Below, in pieces: positions 56,134-64,000 of a DNA stretch of 64,000 bases. A program made the position numbers and the translations under genes. The DNA is taken from the IMG/VR virus record IMGVR_UViG_3300033571_014797, positions 2,145-66,144 of that record. One strand, given 5' to 3'. Positions within the stretch are counted from its first letter, which is position 1. The number at the start of each line of letters is the position of its first letter. The stretch is from a virus. Taxonomy: Duplodnaviria; Caudoviricetes. Under the pieces are notes generated by a model that worked only from the letters and a program-made list of their open reading frames with translations, had not been told where the DNA came from and ran no database searches.

Positions 56134-56592
56134 ATGAAAAAAATATTAGTTTTATTATTTGCGCTATTGCCTAATATAGCCCAAGCTGATACTATTATTG
56201 GATTCAAAGGCAAAAATAACGCCTTTGATCATCAAGCATTTGAAAAATATGCAGCTAAACGAAAACTAACACCTGTAGTTTTAAGTGCATTTGATTCTAA
56301 AAATGCCATGCATATTATTCGTATTAATTCTACATATGAATTATATGGTTATAGTTTAGGCGCTGCTAGCGTTGCACAGACCATGCGATTAATAGAAAAA
56401 GAAAAATTACACATGCCTAGATACGTTATTACAGTTGGTGCATACAGAACAACCAATGTTGATTTCAACAAATACAATGTTAAGTTTGACAATTATTTTG
56501 ATGCAAGCGGAGCTGGTACAAAAAGTCCAGGAAAACATTTAGGTGTTAGTCATAGCGATATTATGAGATATGTAGTTGATACATTCTACTAG
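56134..56592 (+). CDS. Secreted small alpha/beta-hydrolase-like protein
   Basis: Signal peptide; GYSLGA nucleophile elbow. Confidence 0.6.
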   Translation: MKKILVLLFALLPNIAQADTIIGFKGKNNAFDHQAFEKYAAKRKLTPVVLSAFDSKNAMHIIRINSTYELYGYSLGAASVAQTMRLIEKEKLHMPRYVITVGAYRTTNVDFNKYNVKFDNYFDASGAGTKSPGKHLGVSHSDIMRYVVDTFY

Positions 56593-56600
56593 GAGATTAC

Positions 56601-56771
56601 ATGAGTAAAAGTAATAAACATGCAGGACAAATCAACATGCGTGGCAAGAAGTACAAGCTCATGCGATGTGGATGTTGTGAATGCATTGACTTTAGAGACA
56701 AGTTTACTGCAAAAGAACATGCAAAAGAAATTAAGGCCGCTTTGGTGAAGGAGGTACTCACGTCTGCCTGA
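56601..56771 (+). CDS. Small Cys-containing protein overlapping tRNA-Phe
   Basis: AGGAG RBS; MSKSNKHAGQINMRGKKYKLMRCGCCECIDFRD..; 56 aa. Confidence 0.55.
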   Translation: MSKSNKHAGQINMRGKKYKLMRCGCCECIDFRDKFTAKEHAKEIKAALVKEVLTSA

Positions 56772-56811
56772 AGAGCAGAAGAACCTGGATCGATACCGGG
56801 AGGCGGCACCA
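56736..56811 (+). tRNA. tRNA-Phe(GAA)
   Basis: TCTGC CT GAA GA GCAGA; CCA. Confidence 0.88.
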
Positions 56812-56816
56812 TTAAT

Positions 56817-56893
56817 GCATCTGTAGCTCAATGGATTAGAGCAGCGGTCTTCGAAACCGTAGGTTGGGAGTTCGAATCTCTCCAGGTGCACCA
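56817..56893 (+). tRNA. tRNA-Arg(TCG)
   Basis: GCGGT CT TCG AA ACCGT; CCA. Confidence 0.92.
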
Positions 56894-56911
56894 ATTATAA
56901 GTAGTATCAAC

Positions 56912-57451
56912 ATGCTTTGTTATAAACCTTTAAAATATCAAAATCATCAATTGGTAAGTAAAAAACTTTATGATTTTACTGTTAATCAAACAAATGTTTT
57001 ACAGAGAGCTATCTTTTGGAACAATATAGATTGTGATCAAGTGTTAGCAGCTATTCCTGAATTACAAGAAGTTCTAGATCAGTACCAGTTGAATAAGCCT
57101 TATCAAACTGCTTTGCTTTATAGTGGCACTATTCAAGGTAACATACATATCGACGGCGGCAAAGACGTTAGAATACTATGGCCAGTTTGCAATACTGAAG
57201 GATCGAAAACTAAATGGTTTGATGTCGATCCAGAATTTATTGTACCACAAAAACAAAAGAATGCAGGATGGATAGTAACTAAACAAGAAGGTCATCGAGT
57301 AATTGATGAATTAGAAATTACTGAACCAATATTCTTCAATTCGGGTATACCTCATGGTATCTATTGCAATCCTAAATATAATAGAAATCAACCGAGAATA
57401 ACATTTGTTATGTTATTCTATCCAAGAATAAATTACTTGCTTGAAGAATAA
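56912..57451 (+). CDS. Hypothetical cupin/2OG-oxygenase-like protein
   Basis: IHIDG...PHG...RI pattern; start moved downstream of the tRNA. Confidence 0.6.
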   Translation: MLCYKPLKYQNHQLVSKKLYDFTVNQTNVLQRAIFWNNIDCDQVLAAIPELQEVLDQYQLNKPYQTALLYSGTIQGNIHIDGGKDVRILWPVCNTEGSKTKWFDVDPEFIVPQKQKNAGWIVTKQEGHRVIDELEITEPIFFNSGIPHGIYCNPKYNRNQPRITFVMLFYPRINYLLEE

Positions 57452-57480
57452 AAAGAATATATAGTAGGTGAATGAAATAT

Positions 57481-57556
57481 GCGGGATTAGCTCAGTGGTA
57501 GTAGCGTCTGCTTTACACGCAGAATGTCGGGAGTTCGACCCTCTCATCCCGCACCA
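57481..57556 (+). tRNA. tRNA-Val(TAC)
   Basis: TCTGC TT TAC AC GCAGA; CCA. Confidence 0.92.
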
Positions 57557-57561
57557 TATAT

Positions 57562-57643
57562 GCCAAGGTGGCTCAGTGGCGACAGCACCGCTCTTGTAAG
57601 GCGGGATACAACACCGGGGGTTCGAGTCCCTCCCTTGGCACCA
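57562..57643 (+). tRNA. tRNA-Thr(TGT), enlarged variable loop
   Basis: CCGCT CT TGT AA GGCGG; 11-nt variable region. Confidence 0.88.
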
Positions 57644-57699
57644 TACTTTGGTAATTAGTAATTTACTTTTTAATTGTAAGTTACGAACATAAATACAAT

Positions 57700-58413
57700 A
57701 TGAATTATCAACTACATTACGATAAACTAATAGATCGTGCAAAACATAGAGTCTTAGAAAGTTATTCAGAAAGACATCATATAATTCCGCGATGCATGGG
57801 CGGGTCTGATGACCTAGACAATCTAGTCAATTTAACTCCTGAAGAACATTATGTTGCACATCAATTATTAGTTAAAATATTTCCTAACAATGCTAAGTTA
57901 ATCAATGCTGCTATAATGATGATCCCAAATCGACCTTCCAATAAATTGTATGGTTGGCTAAGAAAAAAATTTGCTGAAAATCAGAGCATAAATCAAACTG
58001 GATCAGGTAATTCTCAATACGGAACAAGATGGGTTCATAACATCGATTTAAAAGAAAGTAAAAAGATAAAAATTACAGACCCATTGCCTAATGGTTGGCT
58101 GGAAGGCCGTAAGATTAATTTTTATCTAAATATCGTAAATTGTAAAAACTGTAATAAACAGTTTGAACGAATTTCATTAGAAATATATTGTTCTGAAATT
58201 TGCAAGCGACACGATAGATCAGATGCAATTAAACTCATTGACATTAAATTAGATGAAATGCTTGAATACTATTCAAATGTAAGATCAATAGATAAAACAT
58301 TAAAACATTTTGGAGTAAAAGGTTTATCTGACACTGGAAGAGCCGGTAATAGATATTTTTCTAGCATACTTAAAGAAAAGAATATATACGTTAGACCAAG
58401 AACAAAAAAGTAA
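57700..58413 (+). CDS. Free-standing HNH homing endonuclease
   Basis: Y.ERHHIIPRCMGGSDD..NLV.LTPEEHYVAHQLL. Confidence 0.88.
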   Translation: MNYQLHYDKLIDRAKHRVLESYSERHHIIPRCMGGSDDLDNLVNLTPEEHYVAHQLLVKIFPNNAKLINAAIMMIPNRPSNKLYGWLRKKFAENQSINQTGSGNSQYGTRWVHNIDLKESKKIKITDPLPNGWLEGRKINFYLNIVNCKNCNKQFERISLEIYCSEICKRHDRSDAIKLIDIKLDEMLEYYSNVRSIDKTLKHFGVKGLSDTGRAGNRYFSSILKEKNIYVRPRTKK

Positions 58414-58495
58414 GCCTGGGTGGCTCAGCGGCGACAGCAACGCTCTAGTAAGGCGTCATTACACAACGGGGGTTCGAGTCCCTCCCCAGGCACCA
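58414..58495 (+). tRNA. tRNA-Thr(AGT), A34, enlarged variable loop
   Basis: ACGCT CT AGT AA GGCGT; paralog of Thr(TGT). Confidence 0.85.
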
Positions 58496-58553
58496 TCCAA
58501 CAATATCTCTTACGCTTAAAAGAAATTTGCGCACCAGAGAGGTCACTTATTTT

Positions 58554-58628
58554 TGCGGGGTAGAGCATTGGTAGCTCGCTAGCCTCATAAGCTAGAGGTA
58601 GGGTGTTCGATTCACTCCCCCGCAACCA
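58554..58628 (+). tRNA. tRNA-Met(CAT), initiator-like
   Basis: TGCGGGG acceptor; GAGC/GCTC D stem (A11-U24); CT CAT AA. Confidence 0.88.
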
Positions 58629-58629
58629 A

Positions 58630-58950
58630 TTATATTAGATGTGCTTTAAGAAGACTTTTTAAAATAGGGTCTTCGCCGTAGCGTAGAATAGCAAATTCTA
58701 CATCTAAAATTAAATTTTTTAAACTAACGTCAAACCATTCGCCTGATGTTTTATACAGTTTTAAGTGACGATGTATTACAGTTTCCAGCAGCTTAGTTTT
58801 GCATATTTCAGTTTCTTTGCTGTAGTGTAGCTTTAACGGAAACGGATGTCCGGTTTGCAAACTTTTTAATCTTTTTTCAGGATCGCGGCTAATGCCTACT
58901 TTATATGGTGGTTGATCGCTGCCAATAATGTATATGAAACTTGTGGTCAT
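58630..58950 (-). CDS. T5orf172/GIY-YIG family protein
   Basis: FIYIIG..YKVGISRDPEKRL..LQTGHP..E..IH..GEWF. Confidence 0.8.
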   Translation of the reverse strand: MTTSFIYIIGSDQPPYKVGISRDPEKRLKSLQTGHPFPLKLHYSKETEICKTKLLETVIHRHLKLYKTSGEWFDVSLKNLILDVEFAILRYGEDPILKSLLKAHLI

Positions 58951-59013
58951 AATGGATTTATTTATGTACACCAGTAATTCAAAATTCAATAATTTTAACC
59001 ATTAAATAAGTTT

Positions 59014-59454
59014 ATGGAATACGCGATAATATTCATAGCATGGACGTTTGTTATCTATTGGATGCATAGATTAGCACATATTATACCATGGATATCTAAA
59101 ATTCACCATGACCATCATCGATATGTTATAAAAAATCACGTAACCTGGCACTGGTCAAATCTGTTTTTATATAACGATACATGGCTTAGTACTTTGGATT
59201 TATGGATAACAGAAGTTATTCCTACTTTAATTATGAGTTTCTTTTTTGGTTGGTGGTTGTTTATCGCATATTATTTGTGGGCTGCGTTTATTCAAGAGCG
59301 CATTGAACACAATGATAATTTTAATTTTTATCCATTAATAACCAGCGGACGTTGGCATATGATACATCACAAAAATGCTCAATATAATTATGGGATTTTT
59401 ATTCCCGTTTGGGACATTGTTTTTAAAACTAAAAAAGACATGGGTGCTGTATGA
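59014..59454 (+). CDS. Fatty acid hydroxylase/sterol desaturase family protein
   Basis: YWMHRLAH, HHDHH, HMIHH His boxes; NYG...WD. Confidence 0.82.
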   Translation: MEYAIIFIAWTFVIYWMHRLAHIIPWISKIHHDHHRYVIKNHVTWHWSNLFLYNDTWLSTLDLWITEVIPTLIMSFFFGWWLFIAYYLWAAFIQERIEHNDNFNFYPLITSGRWHMIHHKNAQYNYGIFIPVWDIVFKTKKDMGAV

Positions 59455-60428
59455 AAACGCCAGTCAAAGTTGAGCAACCTTTTCCTATATTCCACATCTA
59501 TTGGACGTTAACCGATTTTTGTAATTACAAATGCAATTACTGTGTGCCTAGATCATATGCAGGCGATTATCATTTTAATCGTAAACCAGGGTATCCTTCA
59601 GACGAACAAATTATACAGTTTTTAGATAATTTGGGTCCAATGCATGTTAAAGATAGATTTTTATGTGTTAAAATAAGTGGTGGCGAACCAACCATACATC
59701 CAATGTTACCTTATATCATTAATCGATTAAAAGAATATAAACATAAAAATATTTGTATTATTACAAACGGTTCTAGAAATGTAAAATATTGGCAATCAAT
59801 ATTGCCTATCGATGAAGTAATAATTAGCTTACATCCTGAATACGTGGATATGGAAAAAATAAATGAATTAAGTTGGGCCATAATTGATTCAAAAACAAAG
59901 CTTAATTATAATTTAGCTGTAGATCCCAAACATTGGGACGCAACTGTAAAAATGTATGATAAGCTAGATGATAGATTAAAACATCTAGTAAAACCAAAAG
60001 TTTTATTTGAAAAAGACAATCCTCATCATCCCAACTATCATTATACAACAGAACAATTGACTTGGATGAATAATATCATTAATCAATCTTCGTTTACTAA
60101 ATCTCCGTTAACATCATCATTTCCTGGATTTTATCCAGCTAGTACATTGTATTTTGATGATGGATCTCAGATTTCAACCAGTCAGTATGCTACAATTAGT
60201 CTTAATCAATGGCATAAGATGCGGGGGTGGGATTGTCATGTTGCCAGTCAAGCAATCAAAGTTCAATATTCAGGAAAAGTATTCGCTGGTATTTGCATGG
60301 CTAAACAATTAGGTACTATAGACAATTTTAAATTGGATTATGAGCCACTAAGTTGTACATTTACTACTTGTAAAGATTTACCGGACCTTGCGGTTTCAAA
60401 ATATATACATGAAGAAAGATTACTGTGA
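59451..60428 (+). CDS. Radical SAM protein
   Basis: CNYKCNYC, SGGEPT, ITNGS. Confidence 0.85.
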   Translation: MKTPVKVEQPFPIFHIYWTLTDFCNYKCNYCVPRSYAGDYHFNRKPGYPSDEQIIQFLDNLGPMHVKDRFLCVKISGGEPTIHPMLPYIINRLKEYKHKNICIITNGSRNVKYWQSILPIDEVIISLHPEYVDMEKINELSWAIIDSKTKLNYNLAVDPKHWDATVKMYDKLDDRLKHLVKPKVLFEKDNPHHPNYHYTTEQLTWMNNIINQSSFTKSPLTSSFPGFYPASTLYFDDGSQISTSQYATISLNQWHKMRGWDCHVASQAIKVQYSGKVFAGICMAKQLGTIDNFKLDYEPLSCTFTTCKDLPDLAVSKYIHEERLL

Positions 60429-61246
60429 CTACCGAAAATAATTGGATTAAACATAATTTATTTGATCGTTTACATGATCAATCTTTAGACTTATCGGTTG
60501 AATTAAATCCTAACCCCTTTGTGAAAATGAGCTTTCATGAAGCAGCTGATATAACTGCTCAACGCATATATGAGAAACATAAAAATATATTTCTAAGTTT
60601 TAGCGGCGGCGCTGATAGCGATTATGTGTTTCATGTTTTTCAACGTAATAATATCCCATTTAAACCCATACTAGTAAAAACTACCGGCAATGTTGTTGAA
60701 TTAGGTTATGCATATCATACGTGCAAGAAGTTTAACATTGAACCTATTATAATAGAAGTTGATGATAAAAAATACTTAGACGTCTATTATAGAAACGTCA
60801 TAGCAAAATTAAGCGGAATAGGAATTTGTGCAGTTCCTGGAGTTATTGCCTGCGAATATGCTCGCGACAACAACGGTATTTTAGTTATTGGCGAACATAT
60901 GATAGACCATGACGGCAATAACATATATGCAGGTGTAAACGAATGGGACTATTATAATGAAGTTTTAGTTGGTGATGAGTTTAATATACCATTTTTTAAT
61001 TATACAACAGATTTAACGTATGCAATGTGGAACAGTATATATTCAGAAGAAATTAGCGAGTGGAAATGGAAATTATATGGTTTAGATTATAGACCTGTTA
61101 TTGAATACAGATTTGATTATAATTTTATCACATATAAGAAAAAAATGTTTATGCTGCGTCGATCTAACCCAAATCCTAAATTTGTCTTAGGTAGTAAAGA
61201 GGAAATGTTATCTCTATTAGACAATTTTGCGAATAAATATACTTAA
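60425..61246 (+). CDS. PP-loop (adenine nucleotide alpha hydrolase-like) protein
   Basis: FLSFSGGADS. Confidence 0.65.
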   Translation: MTTENNWIKHNLFDRLHDQSLDLSVELNPNPFVKMSFHEAADITAQRIYEKHKNIFLSFSGGADSDYVFHVFQRNNIPFKPILVKTTGNVVELGYAYHTCKKFNIEPIIIEVDDKKYLDVYYRNVIAKLSGIGICAVPGVIACEYARDNNGILVIGEHMIDHDGNNIYAGVNEWDYYNEVLVGDEFNIPFFNYTTDLTYAMWNSIYSEEISEWKWKLYGLDYRPVIEYRFDYNFITYKKKMFMLRRSNPNPKFVLGSKEEMLSLLDNFANKYT

Positions 61247-61261
61247 TAAAAAGGAAATACA

Positions 61262-61720
61262 ATGCCAATTTCTAGCCCTTTTACTGTTAGACAAATAGTA
61301 ATTAAAAAACCAGGCGACAACTGGAATGGCATTTTTGTCGGCGATTTGAGGAAATCAGTGAGTTCTACTCCCGATCCTAGAGATCTTGAAGGCTCAGAAA
61401 ACACATTTACATTAAACAAATTTAAAGAAGAATGGTCTAAACAATCAAAATTTAGTTGGTCTAGTTATAAATGGGATCGAGAATATGTTAGTGAAAATAC
61501 ACTAATATTTTATTTCTATTTTGATGATCAAACAACTGCGGTAGATTTTTATAATTGGCGCAATACTATTGTTAAACCTGTTCCTGATATCACTAAATTT
61601 AAACCTGAAGAAGGATTTGTTGACAAACTTGAAGATTTAGACCCAAGCAATAGACCTGCAAGATACTTGTTTGAGTGGGAAATAGTAGACAGCGCAGGAA
61701 ATCCGGTTCCAACTAATTAA
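61262..61720 (+). CDS. Hypothetical protein (paralog of next ORF)
   Basis: TPDPRD.EG..WDREYV..NTLI shared. Confidence 0.65.
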   Translation: MPISSPFTVRQIVIKKPGDNWNGIFVGDLRKSVSSTPDPRDLEGSENTFTLNKFKEEWSKQSKFSWSSYKWDREYVSENTLIFYFYFDDQTTAVDFYNWRNTIVKPVPDITKFKPEEGFVDKLEDLDPSNRPARYLFEWEIVDSAGNPVPTN

Positions 61721-61731
61721 GGATAGCAATA

Positions 61732-62151
61732 ATGCCCTATAATTTTACTGTAAAGAAAATTTTTACCAAATATGATGACGACAATTGGAGCGGCCTTGCA
61801 TTACGTAAATTTGGTAGAGTGGATACTACTCCTGATCCTAGAGACGAAGAAGGCAGAGATAATAATCATGCTAGAAATATTAAAAAAGAACACTTTAATC
61901 AACAAAGCAAGTTTATTAATTTGCCATGGGACAGAGAATATGTTGGTGACAATACATTAATTATTAAAACTTATTTTGATGTAGAACAGGATGCTAAAGA
62001 TTTTTATTCACATGAAATAACATATCGTTTTAACATTCCAGTTCCCTCCACAACTACAGCAGTAGCTCCGCCAGAAGGGCTATCACGATATAGAATTACA
62101 TGGGAAATTGAAGATATTGACGGCAACCTAATAGAATTACCTACAGAATAA
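61732..62151 (+). CDS. Hypothetical protein (paralog of previous ORF)
   Basis: TPDPRD.EG..WDREYV..NTLI shared. Confidence 0.65.
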   Translation: MPYNFTVKKIFTKYDDDNWSGLALRKFGRVDTTPDPRDEEGRDNNHARNIKKEHFNQQSKFINLPWDREYVGDNTLIIKTYFDVEQDAKDFYSHEITYRFNIPVPSTTTAVAPPEGLSRYRITWEIEDIDGNLIELPTE

Positions 62152-62154
62152 CAG

Positions 62155-63117
62155 TTGATATATATGTGCATGATATCTACATGCACTAAAATTTTAATAG
62201 CAGCGGCACTATTCATTTTGCCGCTGCCTTCTTTAGCAAACGAATTAACTATTTTAGTTCCTAATATGTCTGGGGGCTATGGTATACATGCACGTATTGT
62301 AGCAAAATATCTTCCTAAGTATATTGATCAAAAAGTTATTGTTAAAGAAATGCCAGGTGCTGCTGGAATCACATTAGCTAATTATCTTTATAATGTTGCT
62401 GCTAAAGACGGCACAGTAATAGGTATTTTAAACAGTAACATTCCATTACAAGGCATGCTTGGCGGCAAAACTATCCAATATAAAATTGAAAACTTTACTT
62501 GGTTAAGTGCAGCACAAGATGGTAGGTTGGAACCTTTTATGCTATGGCGTAAGCTTGATCAATCTGAAATGATAGGCGGTAGTGACTCTACGCTACCTTT
62601 TAGTTATTTTAGGATTATTAATAAATTGTTGAATTGGAACGCAAAAGAAATAGTGGGATACGCCAACGCAAGTGCTGTTAAATTAGCTTTTGAACGCAAT
62701 GAAGTAAATGTTGTATCTAATTCTCTTACCGGAATAAAATCCGTAGCAAGTCATTGGCTAGCTGATAAAAACATTAAACCAATAGTGCAATGGGGTAATG
62801 GCACTACTCGGCATCCTGAATATTTAGATGTTCCCACGCTGGCTGAACTAGTAGTTGACAGCAAGGATAAAAAATTAGTAGAATTGTTGGAATTACAAAA
62901 TGTTTTACTTAGAGCATACGCTGCTCCTCCTTCAATTCCAGCTAATAAAGCTATGGAATTACAAACAGCAATTTGGAGTGTATTTACTGACGCAGAATAT
63001 ATTAATGAAGTTGCTAAAATAGGAATCTCTAATCCTATAAATTATAAAGAAACAGAAAACATTATCGATATGATCGTTAAGAACTTTACTGAGGAAATGA
63101 AAAAAGAATTTCAATGA
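62155..63117 (+). CDS. tctC: TctC/Bug-like tripartite tricarboxylate transporter substrate-binding protein
   Basis: Signal peptide; GG.G..AR..A..L, MPGAAG, A.DG..IG, DVPT..E, A.PP. Confidence 0.75.
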   Translation: MIYMCMISTCTKILIAAALFILPLPSLANELTILVPNMSGGYGIHARIVAKYLPKYIDQKVIVKEMPGAAGITLANYLYNVAAKDGTVIGILNSNIPLQGMLGGKTIQYKIENFTWLSAAQDGRLEPFMLWRKLDQSEMIGGSDSTLPFSYFRIINKLLNWNAKEIVGYANASAVKLAFERNEVNVVSNSLTGIKSVASHWLADKNIKPIVQWGNGTTRHPEYLDVPTLAELVVDSKDKKLVELLELQNVLLRAYAAPPSIPANKAMELQTAIWSVFTDAEYINEVAKIGISNPINYKETENIIDMIVKNFTEEMKKEFQ

Positions 63118-64000
63118 ACTTATATTCTTATAACAATCAATTTTATTCAAACAGACAAGAAGCATTAGAAACAATGTTGTTGAATAAAGATTATAGTTCA
63201 ACTATAAAATATCATTTTCATGATGATTTCTTTAGTCAATTTGATTGGACCGTCGAACCAGATATCGATCTTTCAATTTTGTATAAGCTTAGAGCACAAC
63301 AGTTAAGAGACAAATACAAATATATTATATTGAGTTTTAGCGGCGGCAGTGATAGCACTCAAATATTAAAAGTTTTTCTAAAACACAATATTTTTATTGA
63401 TGAGATACAAATTACTCATTACAAAAGTTTAGTAGAAAAAGTAGATCCTCAAATAGCAAAAACCGATCATGAATTTAAACACCTACTAGAATACGAATAT
63501 GCAGCAACACCTATATTAAAAGAAGTAACAGAAAAAAGTCCTAACACTAAAATAACAAGTTTAGACATTAGTAAATTTACATATGATCAATATGTTTTAG
63601 GTAAGTTTAATGAAAACAAAGCATATGTTGATCCCATAGCAGCACAAAGATTAACAGGTACTAGATTAACTAGTTTAGACAAAGTATATTTGCATCATTA
63701 TAATTTACATATCAAAACTCCTCCAGAATCAACTTGTTTTCTAAGAGGAGTAGATAAACCAGTATTGAAATTAACGCCTGGAAATATATTAACATTTACA
63801 TTTAGTGATGTTGGTAAATTTTTTAGTCATAAAGATGTGTTAAGTCATTATACAATTGAAGATTTTTATTGGAGTAAAGATGCACCTTTAATCCCAATTA
63901 AACAAAGTCATATGATTAAACGTCGCTTTGAAGTGGATGAAAATTTTTGGAATCTATGGTGCAAATGCAAAGATAGTCTTAAAAAAGATATTGATGATCC
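63114..64000 (+). CDS. PP-loop protein (runs off window end)
   Basis: Hand translation MNLYSYNN..DWTVEP..RAQQLRDKYKYIILSFSGGSDS. Confidence 0.7.
   Translation, partial: MNLYSYNNQFYSNRQEALETMLLNKDYSSTIKYHFHDDFFSQFDWTVEPDIDLSILYKLRAQQLRDKYKYIILSFSGGSDSTQILKVFLKHNIFIDEIQITHYKSLVEKVDPQIAKTDHEFKHLLEYEYAATPILKEVTEKSPNTKITSLDISKFTYDQYVLGKFNENKAYVDPIAAQRLTGTRLTSLDKVYLHHYNLHIKTPPESTCFLRGVDKPVLKLTPGNILTFTFSDVGKFFSHKDVLSHYTIEDFYWSKDAPLIPIKQSHMIKRRFEVDENFWNLWCKCKDSLKKDIDD

Noticed and set aside
53043-56894. Short track ORFs overlapping tRNAs (53043, 53209, 53335, 54442, 55729, 55808, 56589, 56597)
   Set aside because: Shadow translations of tRNA/ncRNA sequence with no RBS or protein motifs; the same applies to 57413 and 58425.
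1-64000. Stop-codon reassignment or suppressor tRNA
   Set aside because: Core genes are intact in the standard code and no CTA/TCA/TTA anticodon was found; the CTAGTAA loop at ~58445 centres on AGT (Thr).

Overview
A 64-kb segment of a large, AT-rich T4-like (myovirus, probably jumbo) phage genome. An alphaproteobacterial host is likely, based on an Omp25/RopB-like porin, a Usg-family gene and a tRNA-His with A73 and no G-1. It carries replication/recombination genes (helicase, primase, mini-DnaE, EndoVII, UvsW/X/Y, gp32), morphogenesis genes (terminase, head completion nuclease, tail tube/sheath, neck, internal-head-like proteins), scattered AT-rich modification enzymes (4 radical SAMs, methyltransferases, 2OG oxygenase, PP-loop proteins), two early-gene blocks and a ~21-gene tRNA array (53.3-58.6 kb). 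The main finding lies directly upstream of the tRNA array. A promoter drives an unannotated 25-codon leader ORF (52952-53029, MFKRMPINHNFTCWYEDAKQGVLTM) that contains 19 of the 20 amino acids and repeats no non-Met codon. Its 3' end can form an antiterminator that is mutually exclusive with an intrinsic terminator. This suggests a 'pan-codon' ribosome-stalling attenuator that would switch on phage tRNAs when nearly any host tRNA fails. An unannotated 39-aa ArfA-like ribosome rescue factor lies 2 kb away, and several structured ncRNA candidates lie in the array. All calls come from reading motifs by eye; no searches or folding were run.
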